Below, piece after piece: positions 49,981-63,002 of a stretch of 64,000 nucleotides of DNA; position 1 is the stretch's first letter; each line of letters starts with the position of its first letter. Origin of the DNA: Octopus vulgaris (lineage: Eukaryota); contig OX597837.1 in NCBI GenBank assembly GCA_951406725.2, forward strand, positions 38,812,001-38,876,000. Direction: 5' to 3'. A model generated the notes under the pieces. It did no database searches. It had not been told where the DNA came from and worked only from the letters and a program-made list of their open reading frames with translations. A program made the position numbers and the translations under genes.

Positions 49981-50551
49981 ATTACATATATATATGTTGG
50001 TGTCATTAGAATTTTAAGTGTTTGAGAGAATGTGAAATAATTTTATATGGAACTGGATCTCGAAGCATACATATAAACCTATAAATAATACCATATTAAT
50101 ATTGGGTTGGATAGAACAAAATCATTGGCTGCCTCTCAGGCTTGAACCTAAGTTACAGAGATGTAGACACACCAACACAGGTTGTCAAGTGGTGATGGAG
50201 GACAAACACTGACACACAGACATACATACATATATGTTGGGCTTCTTTCAGTTTCCATCTACCAAATTTATTCACAAGGCTTTGGTCAGCCTAAGGTGGG
50301 GCTTAAGATTTGGTAAAAAGGTTTTTAAGGGATTATAATACTATCCATGTATAAGTAAGTCCCATATTTTTTTAACCTAATTTTGACAAAAAAAGGGTTT
50401 CTTACACACGTTAAAATTAGGTTATATGACATTAGGGTATGATACAGCTTTGCAGCCCCTCATGTCAGACCCTGTCAGACTGTCCAGCCCATGCCAGCAT
50501 AGAAAACGGGTATGAAATGATGATGGCGATGACATAAGTACCTGACAACCC

Positions 50552-50719
50552 CAAGGCGGTGTCTCCCTCAAAATTGCTGGCCTTGTGCCAAAATGTGAAA
50601 CCATTGTCAAGGCAGTGTCTCCTTCAAAATTGCTGGCTTTGTGCCAAAATGTGAAACCATTGCCAAGGCAGTGTCTCCCTCCAAATTGCTGGCCTGGTAC
50701 CAAAATGTGAAACCATTAT
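50552..50719 (+). repeat. Three tandem 56-bp units derived from a SINE B-type tail
   Basis: CAAGGC.GTGTCTCC.TC.AAATTGCTGGC..TGT.CCAAAATGTGAAACCATT repeated at 50552, 50608 and 50664. Confidence 0.85.
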
Positions 50720-51878
50720 TAAAGCTGGTGTACACAAAAAGAAATGACATCTGGTACACACTCAGTGTAAAATGGTTGTTCTCAGGGAGGGCACAGAGGT
50801 GTTGAAATCCGGCCAAATCTGACACTGCTGCCCGATGCAGCAGTGTGACTCACCGGCTACTCTCAGACTGTCCTGCAAATGCCAGTATAGGTAATGGATT
50901 TTAAATCATGATGATTTGATACACACACACACACACTATGTTTTTGTATGTGTGTGTGTGTTTGTGAGCGAGCATGTGTGTGACATGGCAGTGCAGGTGA
51001 TTACGTTGATGTTGATGATGATGATGATGGTGTAGCAAGTCATAAAAGGCGGCAATATGAATTAATGTCCATTTGCCCAAACAGACATAGTTGTTGGTAA
51101 TCCCATTGGTTAAAGTTACTGCCCATATACAAATTCTAAACTTTCATCTAAGAAATCTTTCAGAAAATACAGTTCTTAGAATTCAGATATGAGCAGTTAT
51201 AAAAACCCTGATTTTTGGGAAATTACTCAGTGTTCGTAGGATTTTACTAAACCCCACGACACTCACAATTGTGATAGTTGGATGTACTAAGCTCTACGAC
51301 ACTCTCTCCTTGAGATATTGGCTATTTTTTATGCCATGTCTATGATAAAAATCCAACATGACTTATTTGAATTGTTGTGAACTCTAGTAGTTAGTACGAA
51401 GGATTAGCTAGTGTGAATTTTAAGTCATAATTCTCTGTGACGAAATTACTTTACTTTCAAATTGTATTAAAAATGCTAAATGTACATAAATAAACTAATG
51501 TAGTGATTATTTTCTCTTTCTTTACGTTTTTCAACTTGTTAATGAAATTTGTTTCTGCAATTATGAAACTGTGTATTTTTTATAGCAGTTAAAAGAACAC
51601 GAATTTATTTATCTTCAACATACATGCACGCATAAAGTGTCCGTTTGCGTTTCAGAGTATATATTTCTCACTATGGTGTTTATGTAGCTGGAGTCAGGAT
51701 TTATGTATAAGGATAACACTTATAAGTAAGTGACGGGTTTATCAATATGTATCCCTACTTCAAAAGTAAAATATATTTATTATCTATTTCCAAATAGGAA
51801 ACATATAAAAGTAGTGTTACACAAACAGTAACCGAACGAGGCTATAAAAAGTGTAATGTGTTGTTTGTTTTGTTCCAG

Positions 51879-51925
51879 CATTTGAAGAAAACAAAGATGT
51901 CACTGAGGATCGGAAGGCCGTACAG
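51879..51925 (+). CDS. CARD + TRADD-N-like protein, 47-nt exon (SFEENKDVTEDRKAVQ)
   Basis: TTGTTTGTTTTGTTCCAG acceptor and CAG|GTGAG donor; phase 1-to-0 bridges the flanking exons exactly. Confidence 0.72.
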
Positions 51926-52100
51926 GTGAGCGAGTGGACTTTGGTTCTTGAAACATTCCATATTTTATACTGAGATAGTAAACATTACATGTGTGTGTGT
52001 GCGTGCATGTATACTTACATATGTAAATGTGTGACTTTTGTAGATACTTGTACACACACACACGCACACTCATATATGTATGTATATATGTACACACACA

Positions 52101-52725
52101 TCTCTCTATATATAAAACTGAGAATGTGTGTCTGTCTGTGTGTTTCCTTAAAACTTGAGAACTACACAACCAATTTCATTCAAATTTTACACATGCCTTA
52201 CTTAGGGTCCATGTAGTTTCATGGGAAGAAAAAAATGTTCAACTTCTTGCCTAGGGCGAGCCCATAGCAATATCATATCTTCTCCGCTATTTCAGTATTA
52301 CGTGTTAAAAGTGAAACAAAAACATTTCTCTATTTTATATCAGATACTTTCACTTTAACAATAAAAATAATAATAACAATTGAATTATATGTAGTAAGTA
52401 ATAATTAAAATCAAACTTAAGTATAATATAATCGTAACATAACAAAAGTAAAAATAGCAATTGGTATAAAATTGCATCAATGACTTGAACTTGAATAAGT
52501 GGTTTCACATGAATGGGAATAAATTAAAAATAAAATTAGCGTGTTGAAATGGAATAGTCCTACAATTCCAGTTTGTTATATATTTTCAGTATTGTTATCA
52601 CTAGCGATATCAAGATATAACTTTGTATTTTATGTGTAGATGTACATGTAATATGTACACATATATATACACATATATACATGCACTAGCACTATGACCC
52701 GGCAAAGATGGGTCTTTAATGCTAG
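52101..52725 (+). mobile_element. Non-autonomous Helitron
   Basis: A|TC start (TCTCTCTATATATAAAA), subterminal hairpin GACCC..GGGTC (52696-52714), CTAG|T end. Confidence 0.8.
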
Positions 52726-52734
52726 TATATTTAT

Positions 52735-54510
52735 ACATTTGGCATGGTTTCTACAGCTGGATGTCCTTCTGAACGCCAACCACTCTGAGAGTGTAATGGG
52801 TGCTTTTACGTGCCATCAGCACAGGTGCCATTTGTGTGGCACCAGCATCTGCCATGACTGCTATTTTACTTGGCTTTGTCAATCTTCTTCAAGCACAGCA
52901 TAATGCCAAAGGTCTTGGTCATTGCTTCTGTGAGGCCCAACGCTCGAAAGGAACTATTCACATGCCACTGGCATCAACCACTTTGCCTCCGTGAGGCCCA
53001 ATGCTTGAAAGATGCATTCTACTTGGTACTGGCACAGGTGCCTGTTATGTGATACCAGCATCATCCACAACGATTTCACTTGGCTTCACCGGTCTTCTCA
53101 AGCACAGCATATTGACAAAGATCTTGGTCACTAGTCATTGCCTTTGTGAGGCCCAAAGTTTGAAGAGCATGCTTCACCACCTCGTCACGTCTTCCTGGGT
53201 CTACCTCTAACACAGGTTCCCTTCACAGTTAGAGATTGGCACTTCTTTACACAGCTGTCCTCATCCATATGCTTCACATGACCATACCAGCACAGTCGTC
53301 TCTCTTGTACACCACATCTGATGCCTCTTATGCCCAACTTCTCCCTCAAGACGTTGGATCTTTTCGGTTTGAATAGCAGTTTTTAACATAATTTCTAGGT
53401 AACTAAAAAATTTTAAACTTCGTATACTGGTAGAATGTGTTTATAAAACATCTTTTTCTCTTGGCTTTATAGAGAAAATTCTATAGTTCGTAAGATATTT
53501 GTTGTTTTTTTTTCTTCAATTTCTGCAATTTCAACCAATCAAATACATCTATTGAGTAAAAAAAACATTCTGTGCTGTATGAATATGTCCCTCGTTTAAG
53601 AAACAGATTGGGTTTATTTACATTTGTGAAGAAAAAAAGATACCCTTATCCTAACCAACTCTAACTAACCCTAACCCTAAAAGAGATTGAAATGCAATAG
53701 ATTCTAGGGTCATAATTATGGGTGACAATTTCATATGACACCGCCAGAAAAAACTGCCTGTCAAACTGAAAAGATCCAAGATGTTTACACTCTGTGAAAC
53801 ATGCACACTGACATTGTTCATCCATTGAAGCCTACTGGCTTCATTTCTTTTCAATGCAACACATGTCCTCGGCTGTCAGAGCCCATGTTTCGCTACCATG
53901 TAGCATAGCTGTTCACACACAGGCATCATACAATCTGCCTTTCACTCCAAGGGAGAAGCCCTTTGTTACCAGCAGAGGTAGGAACTCTCTGGACTTTGCC
54001 CAACCCATTCTTATTCTGACTGCTACGCTCTCGGAGACCCACCTCTACTACTAACTTGGCCACCTAGCTAACAGAAGCTGTCTGCTACCTCTAGCTTACC
54101 CTCCTGCCTTTTGATGGCATCTCTTTTCTGTATATTCTCAATGTATCTTCCACACAAAACGCTATTCTCCCTGTTAACCTTACTCTGATATTGCTGCACC
54201 TCTTATGTGGCCATAGCTTACACCAGGTAAATCTTTTCTACAGATCAAGCAGGGCCATCTACCTGAAGGGATTTGTGATTTGTCTGCCTTCTTATTTACT
54301 AAGACCTTTCAATTCTAGACCTTGCTTCCATACCTGGAATGTCTTCTCTAGTTCTGATAGTGATTCAGCTACAAGAACATGGTCATCAGCATAGAGGAGC
54401 TCCCAGTGGCAGCCTGTCTGAAATTCTTCTGTTATTGCCTGGAGGACTATGATGAATAAGAGGGAGCTGGTAACTGATCCTTGGTGGACCCCTACTTGTA
54501 CCTTGAATTC
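52735..54510 (-). mobile_element. RTE LINE 3' portion (decayed), interrupted by a MITE
   Basis: Minus strand GVHQGSV..P..FIIVLQAITEEFQTGCHWELLYADD, plus the 3' module. Confidence 0.8.
53356..53777. mobile_element. Merlin-type MITE with internal CCCTAA-like repeats
   Basis: TIR GGATCTTTTC(G/A)GTTTGA..GCAGTTTTT; TSD AAGACGTT / AAGATGTT. Confidence 0.82.
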
Positions 54511-54674
54511 ATACTAGGGTCATAATTATGGGTGACAATTTCATATGACACTGCTAGAAAAAACTGCCGTTCAAACTGAAAAGATCCCATTTTTTATTTA
54601 ACACCCTCCCTGCCTCGTAAATCCTAAAATTTCAGCTTCTTTTCAAAATTTGTTTTAATCATAGTTTTTAATTA

Positions 54675-55925
54675 CAGGCAGTTGAGAAGTTTGACAAGAA
54701 GGAGAGAGAACTACAAATCTATAACATAGAGGGCAACTGGGAATTCCTACGGGACAGCTTGCTGAGTGCCACTGACCAAAGCTGGTGCAAAGTCCTATCC
54801 AGACCGAGGGTGATGTGGAGGTGGAATGATGCTGTAGACAAGGCCATTAGAGCAAAGAGACAGGCCTGGAAGTGTGGGGTTAGCAGGGAACTGTATCAGA
54901 TAGCCCGAAGGAAAGCTAGGAGGCAGGTACATTTATCCAGGGAAGTAGCAGAAAAGAAGTTTGCCAATGTTCTGTGACATGAGGACCAGAGACTTGAAGT
55001 GTTTTGGATTGCAAGACAGTGTGTGTGAGAAAATCCTGATGAGTTAGGAGAGAAATGTGTCTGCATGAATGATGGTTCACTTGCATTTAGTGATTCTGCA
55101 AAGAAAGAGGCTTGGAAATACCTTTATGAAAGGCTGCTAAATGTGGAGAACGACTGGGACAAGAGGGAGCTGGTAACTGATCCTTGGTGGACCCCTACTT
55201 GTACCTTGACCCAACAGAGGAACTAGGTATTCAAATTGACAGTAGCCTAGTAGATAAAGCAATTAAGGATACGAAGACAGAGAAAGCCCCCGGCCCATCA
55301 GGAATCACTGCTGAGATACTTAAAATATCTGGTGGAGTAGGATATTAGCTTGGTCACTCATATACTCTTTTACTTGTTTCAGTCATTTGACTGCGGCCAT
55401 GCTGGAGCACCGCCTTTAGTCGTGCAAATCGACACTGGGACTTATTCCATGTAAGCCCAGTACTTATTCCATCGGTCTCTTTTGCCGAACCGCTAAGTGA
55501 TGGGGACATAAACACCCCAGCATCAGTTGTCAAGCAATGCTAGGGAGACAAACATACACACACAAACACACACACATACACACATATACATATATATACA
55601 TATATACGACAGGCTTCTTTCAGTTTCCGTCTACCAAATCCACTCACAAGGCATTGGTCGGCTCAGGGCTATAGTAGAAGACACTTGCCCAAGATGCCAC
55701 GCAGTGGGACTGAACCCGGAACCATGTGGTTGGTTAGCAAGCTACTTACCACACAGCCACAATGAGATTGTCCATGAGGGCGTCATACCTGATGATTGAT
55801 CTAGCAGCACTGTAGTCAGGTGTTACAAAGGCAAAGGTGATGCCTTAGACAAAAACAATTACAGAGGCATCAAATTGCTGGACTGGGTGATAAGAGTCAC
55901 AGAAAAGGTCATAGCTCAATTAATT
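54675..55925 (+). mobile_element. RTE LINE middle portion (decayed), opposite orientation to 52735-54510
   Basis: WNDAVDKAIRAKR, KAPGPSGITAE and YKGKGDALDKNNYRGIKLL; interrupted by a SINE A at 55365-55760. Confidence 0.8.
55365..55760 (-). mobile_element. SINE family A
   Basis: Reverse complement of family A. Confidence 0.88.
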
Positions 55926-56455
55926 TGCTTTCCAACAGCATAATTCCATGTTCAATCCCACTGCATGGCACCTTGGGCAAGTGTCTTCTACTATAACCTC
56001 AGGCCAACCAAAGCCTTGTGAGTGGATTTGGTGAATGGAAACTGAAAGAAGCCCATTGTATATAAATGTGTGTGTGTGTGCATGCTTTGTGTTTGCTCTG
56101 TGCTACCACTTGACTGTTGGTGTTGATGTGTTTACTTCTCTATAACTTAGCGGTTTAGCAAAAGAAACTGATAGAATAAGCATCAGGCTGGCTTAAAAAA
56201 AAGTACCAAGGTCGATTCATTCGACTAAAAATTCCTCGATGCAGTCTCTAGCATGGCTGCAGTCTTGTAACTGAAACAAGTGAAAAAGAAGATATAAATG
56301 TGTGTGTGTCTCTCCTTGTTTTTTCTGTGTCCCTTTCTGTAGAAGAGCGTAGGCTCGAAACGTAAAAGACTTTTTCTATTCCTGAGCGTTATACTAATAC
56401 ATCTGTTTGTTTTGTACACTACCTGTCTTCGTCTTTTGTTTTTTTCGTAAACTCT

Positions 56456-56534
<79 letters not shown>

Positions 56535-56537
<3 letters not shown>

Positions 56538-57917
56538 AATGTGTCTAGGAGAGAAATGAGTCCGCATGGATGATGGGGCACTTGCTTTTAATGTTGGTGA
56601 AAAGAAAGAGGCTTGGAGAAGCTATTATGAAAGACTGTTGAATGTGGAGAATGAATGGGAGGAGGAGAGCCTGCCAAATGTTGATCCAGTAGAGGGACCA
56701 GCTATCCAAATAGATAGCTCCCTTGTAGTTAAGGCAATTAAGGGTATGAAACCAGGTAAAGCCCCCGGCCCATCGGGAATCACTGCTGAGAGGCTTAAAA
56801 CAGCAGGTTATGTGGGCTACGGCCTAGTCACCCGTATTGTAAACCAGGTAGTTCATAATGGAGTCATACCCAATGACTGGCGTAGCAGCACCATAGTCAA
56901 CTGCTACAAGGGTAAGGGTGATGCTCTAGATAGAAATAACTACAGGGGTTTTAAACTGTTGGACCAGGTGGTGAAGGTCACAGAGAGGGTCATAGCCCAT
57001 CTCATTAGTGAGAGAATTTGCTTAGATGAGATGCAGTTCGGGATTTTGTGCCGGGTAGAAGCACCACTGATGCTATATTCCTGGTCCGACAACTGCAGGA
57101 GAAATACCTAGCTAAAGATAAACCCCTCTACATAGCTTTTGTGGACTTGGAGAAAGCCTTTGACAGGGTCCCCCGATCCCTTATCTGGTGGTCGATGCGG
57201 AAACTGGAGATTGATGAATGGCTAATAAGGGCTGTACAGGCCCTATACAGAGAGGCTGTCGGCAAGGTTAGGATTGGCAACGAATATAGTGAAGAATTCC
57301 GGGTAGAAGTAGGTGTACACCAAGGCTCAGCTGTCAGTCCCCTTTTATTCATCATAGTCCTCCAGGCAATAACAGAGGAATTCAAAACAGGTTTCCCCTG
57401 GGAGCTCCTTTATGCTGATGACCTGACTCTCATAGCAGAATCACTACCGGAACTAGAAAAGAAATTTCGGGTGTGGAAACAAGAGTTAGAATCAAAGGGC
57501 CTTAGAGTAAATATAGCAAAGATCAAAGTTATAGTAAGCAGAAAGGCAAACTCAGCACACACCCCATCGGGCAGGTGGCCCTGCTCGATCTGTAGGAAAG
57601 GTGTAGGTAGAAACTCCATAAGATGCACCCAGTATAAGCTATGGACGCATAAGAGGTGCAGCAACATCAAAGGGAAATTAACTGATAAGATAGCTTTCAT
57701 GTGCGGCAGATGCACAGGGACAATAGACACCACAAATACACAGAAAACAGATTCCATCACACTCCAGGGGGAGAAACTAGAAGTAGTTGATAGTTTCCGC
57801 TACCTGGGTGACCAAGTTAGTAGTGGAGATGGATGCTCAGAGAGTGTCACCACTAGAATACGAATAGCCTGGGCAAAGTTTAGAAAGCTCTTACCCCTAC
57901 TGGTGACAAAGGGTCTC
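56535..57917 (+). mobile_element. RTE-clade LINE reverse transcriptase region with PHD-like Cys-rich insertion, truncated at both ends
   Basis: KAPGPSG, FVDLEKAFDRV, GVHQGS, LLYADD, FRYLG; CSIC...C..Y..WTHKRC...CGRC; one frameshift near 57048. Confidence 0.92.
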
Positions 57918-59642
57918 TCAATTTGGGGGAACCAAATTTCTAATGAGCATTATAGGAGCTCCAACTTTAAGTTTTAGGATGTGTGGTGGTAGTCCGGGGG
58001 GCTCAAAGGAATTGAGTACCTCTATTGGATAATTGATGACGTCGTCTGGGTCAGGAGTTGTATCAATAGACTTATAAACATAGACATCCCCAGGAATGAG
58101 TTTTAGCATTTCATCATTAATATGGTGAACAGTTTTATTCCTCGGGGCCAGAATAGCCCTTTGGCCAATCCAATCCATATTCTGATAATTAGCTTGTAGA
58201 TCTGGGAAGACTGCATCTCTGAGATCAGAAGGCGTGTTAACAATGGTACAAATGGAATTGATGACAATATTACCATTTTCATCCCCTGGTATTTTGCCTT
58301 TGCCAAGTGCAAGGAGGGTGTGAGAAAATGCTGCTGATGTGATATTACGTCGCATATGAGCACGCATATTGGTGTGAAGTTTGAGAGTCTTCACCAGTGG
58401 CCACAATGTGGATGACTTAAGACACGCACTTACAGCATCAGCTCTAGTCCCTTTGGGAATAATGGGAAGTGTTTGTCGGAAGTCCCCTGAAAGACGAAGT
58501 GTTATGCCTCCCAGGGGAGCTGAAGAGTGTTTGATGTCTCTGAGAGATCTATCTAGTGCCTCAAGAGCACCTCTGTGGGCCATCGTGCATTCATCCCAAA
58601 CGATAAGCTTGCATCGTCTGAAGACTTCTGCCTGATCGGAGCTGTTACTGATGTTGCAAGTTGGTGTCTCAGTCTTCGCTAAGTCAAGTGGGAGTTTGAA
58701 AGTAGAGTGAGCTGTCCTGCCGCCTGGCAACAAAGTAGCCGCAATTCCAGATGATGCCACAGCCAGGGCAATGCCTTGTGTTCGCCTAATCTCAGCCAAT
58801 ATTAATTTGTTGACAAAAGTTTTCCCAGTGCCCCCAGGAGCGTCCAGGAAAAAAATGTCCCCAGCTTTGGCCCGGACTGAATTAACAACGGAGTTGTAAG
58901 CGAACTTCTGTTCTGGAATGAGCTTTGGCTCATTGTCGGCTATGTACTCGGCAAGCTCGTCAACATTAAAACATGTCTCACGCAGCAAATGTGAAGACAG
59001 AGTGTTTGTGCCATCCCGGTTTGTTGAAGGTAGGCCATAGACCGGCAAGGCACTACCGCCCATATCGAGTACAGTATCTTCGATTTCAAGCAGCGCCCTG
59101 TTGTAAATGAGGTCAGTGTACCTGACCTCCATTGATGGATGTAGCGATTGAGCGTGACGCAGGAAATCTTCAGACATATCATCTTTTTAGGTAAGCCATA
59201 AAGAGGCGGGATTAGCCAAGTCACACCATAGTAATAGAATAGCGAAAAGCGATCTGATTTTTTTAGGAGATTTTAATGAAACACCTTCTGCCATAGTGGC
59301 GCCCCATTGTGAATCATCCTCCAAAAGTCGACGCCGAAAACAGGCTTCACGGAAAGTATCACATAATACACCATCAACAGTTCTGATGTCTTGAAAACTT
59401 TGTGGGCCTAAAACCTCATGGAGGAGAAGGCACAGGTAAAAACAGTCATGTTGGTTTGGAGGTACAGTGTAGACTCTTCCTAGACAACTGTTAAACTTGA
59501 CACCAGGATGTCCTTCAACATCCTGACCCGACTTCCTACGCACCCAATTGTTGTTTGACCACACGTAGTAGGACGGGACCTGAGGGTATAAAAGTGTTTT
59601 AGCAAATGTGTCAAGTTGGCAAAGCCTAAAGAAACCAGTCAA
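57918..59642 (-). pseudogene. Helitron Pif1-like helicase portion (premature TAA at 59187, truncated)
   Basis: DAPGGTGKT Walker A, VASSGIAATLL, IVWDECTM, GDFRQTLP, LKLKVGAPIMLIRNL. Confidence 0.9.
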
Positions 59643-61674
59643 AGTTGTTTGGGTACCGTTTAGTGCACACGTGGTCTTTGTGGCATGAGGAGAACTTTTG
59701 AAAACCAGGACCGCACGGACCGTGTACCATGTGTGCCTTCACAATGTCATACAGCTGCCGGTCAACAGTTGGGTCCGGAATTTCTGCTGCAATGAGATCA
59801 TCAAGAACTGTTGGGTCTATTTTGTTGACCAACCAAAGCAAAATGTGCGCGTGTGGCAACCCTCTTTTCTGCCACTCAACAGTATACATGTGGCAGTTAA
59901 CAGGCCCAAAAACCTGGCCTTTTTTTATTAAAAGAATGAGCTTAGCCAGTTTCTGCCTGAAAACCCTTCCAATAATATCATGGCGATGACAGTACTGCTG
60001 CCCTGGGAGAAGTTCTCGCGTTACCTCAACCCACTTTGGGTTACATGTAAAGGTAATGAATAAATCGGGTCGCCCATAATGCCGAACGTAAGTCATAGCG
60101 TCTTGTGTTCGCTCGTGCATGTACCGTGGGCCCCCTGTATAGGTTGAGGGGAGAATGCACATTTTGCCGATATTGCGGGCGTCAGTGTCATTCCTGATGC
60201 CATCACGCAAATGGATGTAGGAGTCTGAGCGCAGCTGCTTCTGATTCAATTTGATGAAGCCCAGTCTCTCGGACTCCATCTTTGCAGCCATGTCAACTGC
60301 AAACTGGTGAAACAGTTCCCGTGATCTGTGCAGGGGGTTGAAATCATTATGCCTTGTCATGAAGCGGTATGAGTAAAAAGCCATACATGAAACAGTTTTA
60401 GATGTCGCTGCCGAGGGCTCGTTTGGTTTGTGGTGAGGAATGCCGAAATGGTACCCGTCTTCTCCATACGGAAAAAGAAGGGAATACTGCAGGGCGTCAT
60501 ATGACCAATGCGTCTCATTAATACGCTGAAGACCACTGTCACGGCTTTGAAGAACTATGTCCCGCTGCTTGTGCTGTTCACCATGGAGAACTATGGCCAC
60601 TTCATTGCACGAAGGAGCGTTATATCGCCGCGCGTGCTCCCCAGAAGGCCTTTTGTCAGCATCGATGACAATGGTGAATGTTGGTGAAGGGGCTGTTTCC
60701 AAGGCGTATTTGAAACTGCGAATATAGCTGTTGTGGTCATGAAGCATGTTTTGCAGAGTGAGCAGCACGTCCCTGTCGAAATTGTCAGCGTTAGTGTTTG
60801 CAGGTTGTGGAATTACGTCGAAACGCAAATCAAGTTGCCTATTGTAATTTGTAATAGAATAAATTTGAAGGAACGAAGGTTTGCAATTTTGTAGTGGCTG
60901 GAGTGACCCAATAAGGTGGTACACCTGGCCCTGGACCTTGAAAGTAGGCATCCAACCAGTTTCTCTGACAACGCTAGCCCCGAAAGAAGTCATCTGAAAT
61001 GCACAATTGTATTTCCTGATGAGTTGAAGGAATTTTGATGACCTTGAGGTGGAACCAGTAAGTAATTCCTTCAAAGGGTCTGGCAGCTCCCGAAGAGGGG
61101 GCAAGCTGACCTTACCGTTTAAGCAGCACATCGCAGGTGGTTCCCCAGCCCACTTTTTAGCATTACAGAATTGGCAATTGGAGCACATTTCCCCAATATT
61201 TATGTCAGCGTGCATCGAGTAATTGAAGTTGGGCTCATACTTGAAAGCACGTAGATGCCAGTAAGGTCTGTTTGGACTCATCAGACCGCGGCGTCGACTG
61301 TTCCGCTGGAATGTAGAACGTTGCTGGTCTGAGTCGTGGGAATGTGTCGAAAATGTTGAAGCAGCAGTAGCCACAGCGTTTGTAACCAGTCGAGTGGCCC
61401 TTTGTTGTGGGTCCTCTGAAGCCCTTTGTGCAGCAACAGCAGAAGCCTTTATGGCGCTGCGCTTCGACCTTGTTTCCAGACCGTCTGAAGCCATGGAAGC
61501 AGCATCGTATGAAGCAACCGCAGCGTTTGTAGCCAGTCGAGTGGCCCTTTGTTGTGGGTCCTCTGAAGCCCTTTGTGCAGCAACAGCAGAAGCGTTTATG
61601 GCGCTGCGCTTCGCCTTTTTCGCCGCTGCTGCTGCAGTATGGCGGCCGAGGCGACTTCTCTTTTTCGGTGGCAT
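59626..61674 (-). pseudogene. Helitron Rep (HUH endonuclease) portion
   Basis: CxxC..CC zinc region, PDLFITFTCNPKW, VEWQKRGLPHAHILL, HMVHGPCG; ends abruptly after CTKRYP. Confidence 0.92.
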
Positions 61675-63002
61675 TTTATGTGAGAAAGAAAGGGTGAAAG
61701 TTACTTAAAAATAGAAATTGTAATGTGAATGAAATGTGGAAAAATGTAAAGCGTGGAAGGAAAAGAAAGAAATATTAGCAGCTGAAAGAAATTTTTTATG
61801 CAAGTATAGCGACAGAGTGTGTAAAATGTGTAGAAATTTGAGTTAAAAGCCAGAAAAGAAAGTTAGATTTGCAAGAAAGGAAGTAGTTTACGTACATGTT
61901 CGAAATGTGAAGTGTTTTAGTTGTTTAATCAAATATTTGCGTAAAGTGTATAGAAACGTAAATTGAAAAAGAAAATGAATTGAAATTTTTAAGAAAGGAA
62001 TTTGTTTACATACATGTGTGAAATGGCAAATGTTTGTGCAGTTGTCCGAAATGGAACCAGGGTAAATGTGTGGAACTGATGTATTATAATGAATAGTCCT
62101 TCTTGAACTGAAAACCAGTGGTGTAGCATATAAGATGATAAGGGATCTTCTTCTAGCCAAAATGGATGACCAGTCTGAATGGCTCACCCCTGTCACAGAC
62201 ACACACGCACACACACGTTAGCTTACAATGTCTGTCAACAATTGACACTGTCGTATATATTAGCGTGTCTATGTGTCTAAAGAGGAAGTAGGAGTAATAG
62301 GCAGAGTAAAGGCTTCAGAGTGAAAAGTTAAAATATTGAGTTTTCTCGAATTTTGTCTTAATTGGGGTGAAATTGAAAGAAATTTTGTATGGCATGACCG
62401 AATGGGAGTACTTGTAAAAATCATAGGTAAACTGTAATTGAAGAAATTGTGTGAGGAGTAAATCGTTATGTATTTATTTGTTTCTGTTTGCTGTTTTTTT
62501 TTTTTTGAGTAGTGTTGTAAGGTGCACTTGCAAAGAGAAAGTCGGAGAAATTAGGGTGATAGCATGAGTGACGCAGTTCATCCGTTTTATATAAATACTT
62601 TCACTTTAATCATTGCACACTTGCAAAGAGAAAGGAGGAGAAATTAGGGTGATGGCATGAGTGAAACATTTCGCTCCGTTTGTGTGTGTGCTGTAGCCCA
62701 CACTAAGAAAAGCACTTCACTTACACACCACAAAGTGAGTTTTCTCGAAATTTTGCTTAATTGGGGTTGAAATTTGAAAAACTGGACCTGGCACGACCCG
62801 ATGTATTCTCTTAAAAATGCTAGGTAAATTGTAATTGAAGAAATCCTATATTGTAGATTTCTATTAGAGACAAAGGGAGGCAGATAAAATCTGCCTTTTA
62901 TAATAAGATATATATATATATCGTGTGTGGTATGTCATGTTTGCCAGTAAGCCATAAAATAATTTCCAAACATTAATGTTTTTTGTGACTCTTTTATTTT
63001 AG

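Larger units (their letters stand above)
57918..62908 (-). mobile_element. Large Helitron (Rep-Helicase), 3'-truncated and internally deleted
   Basis: A|TC 5' end at 62908; Rep HUH motif and Pif1 motifs; duplicated subterminal segments at 62336-62845. Confidence 0.92.

Noticed and set aside
50552-50719. CRISPR-like regular repeats
   Set aside because: Contiguous tandem units without unique spacers, no cas genes, eukaryotic context.
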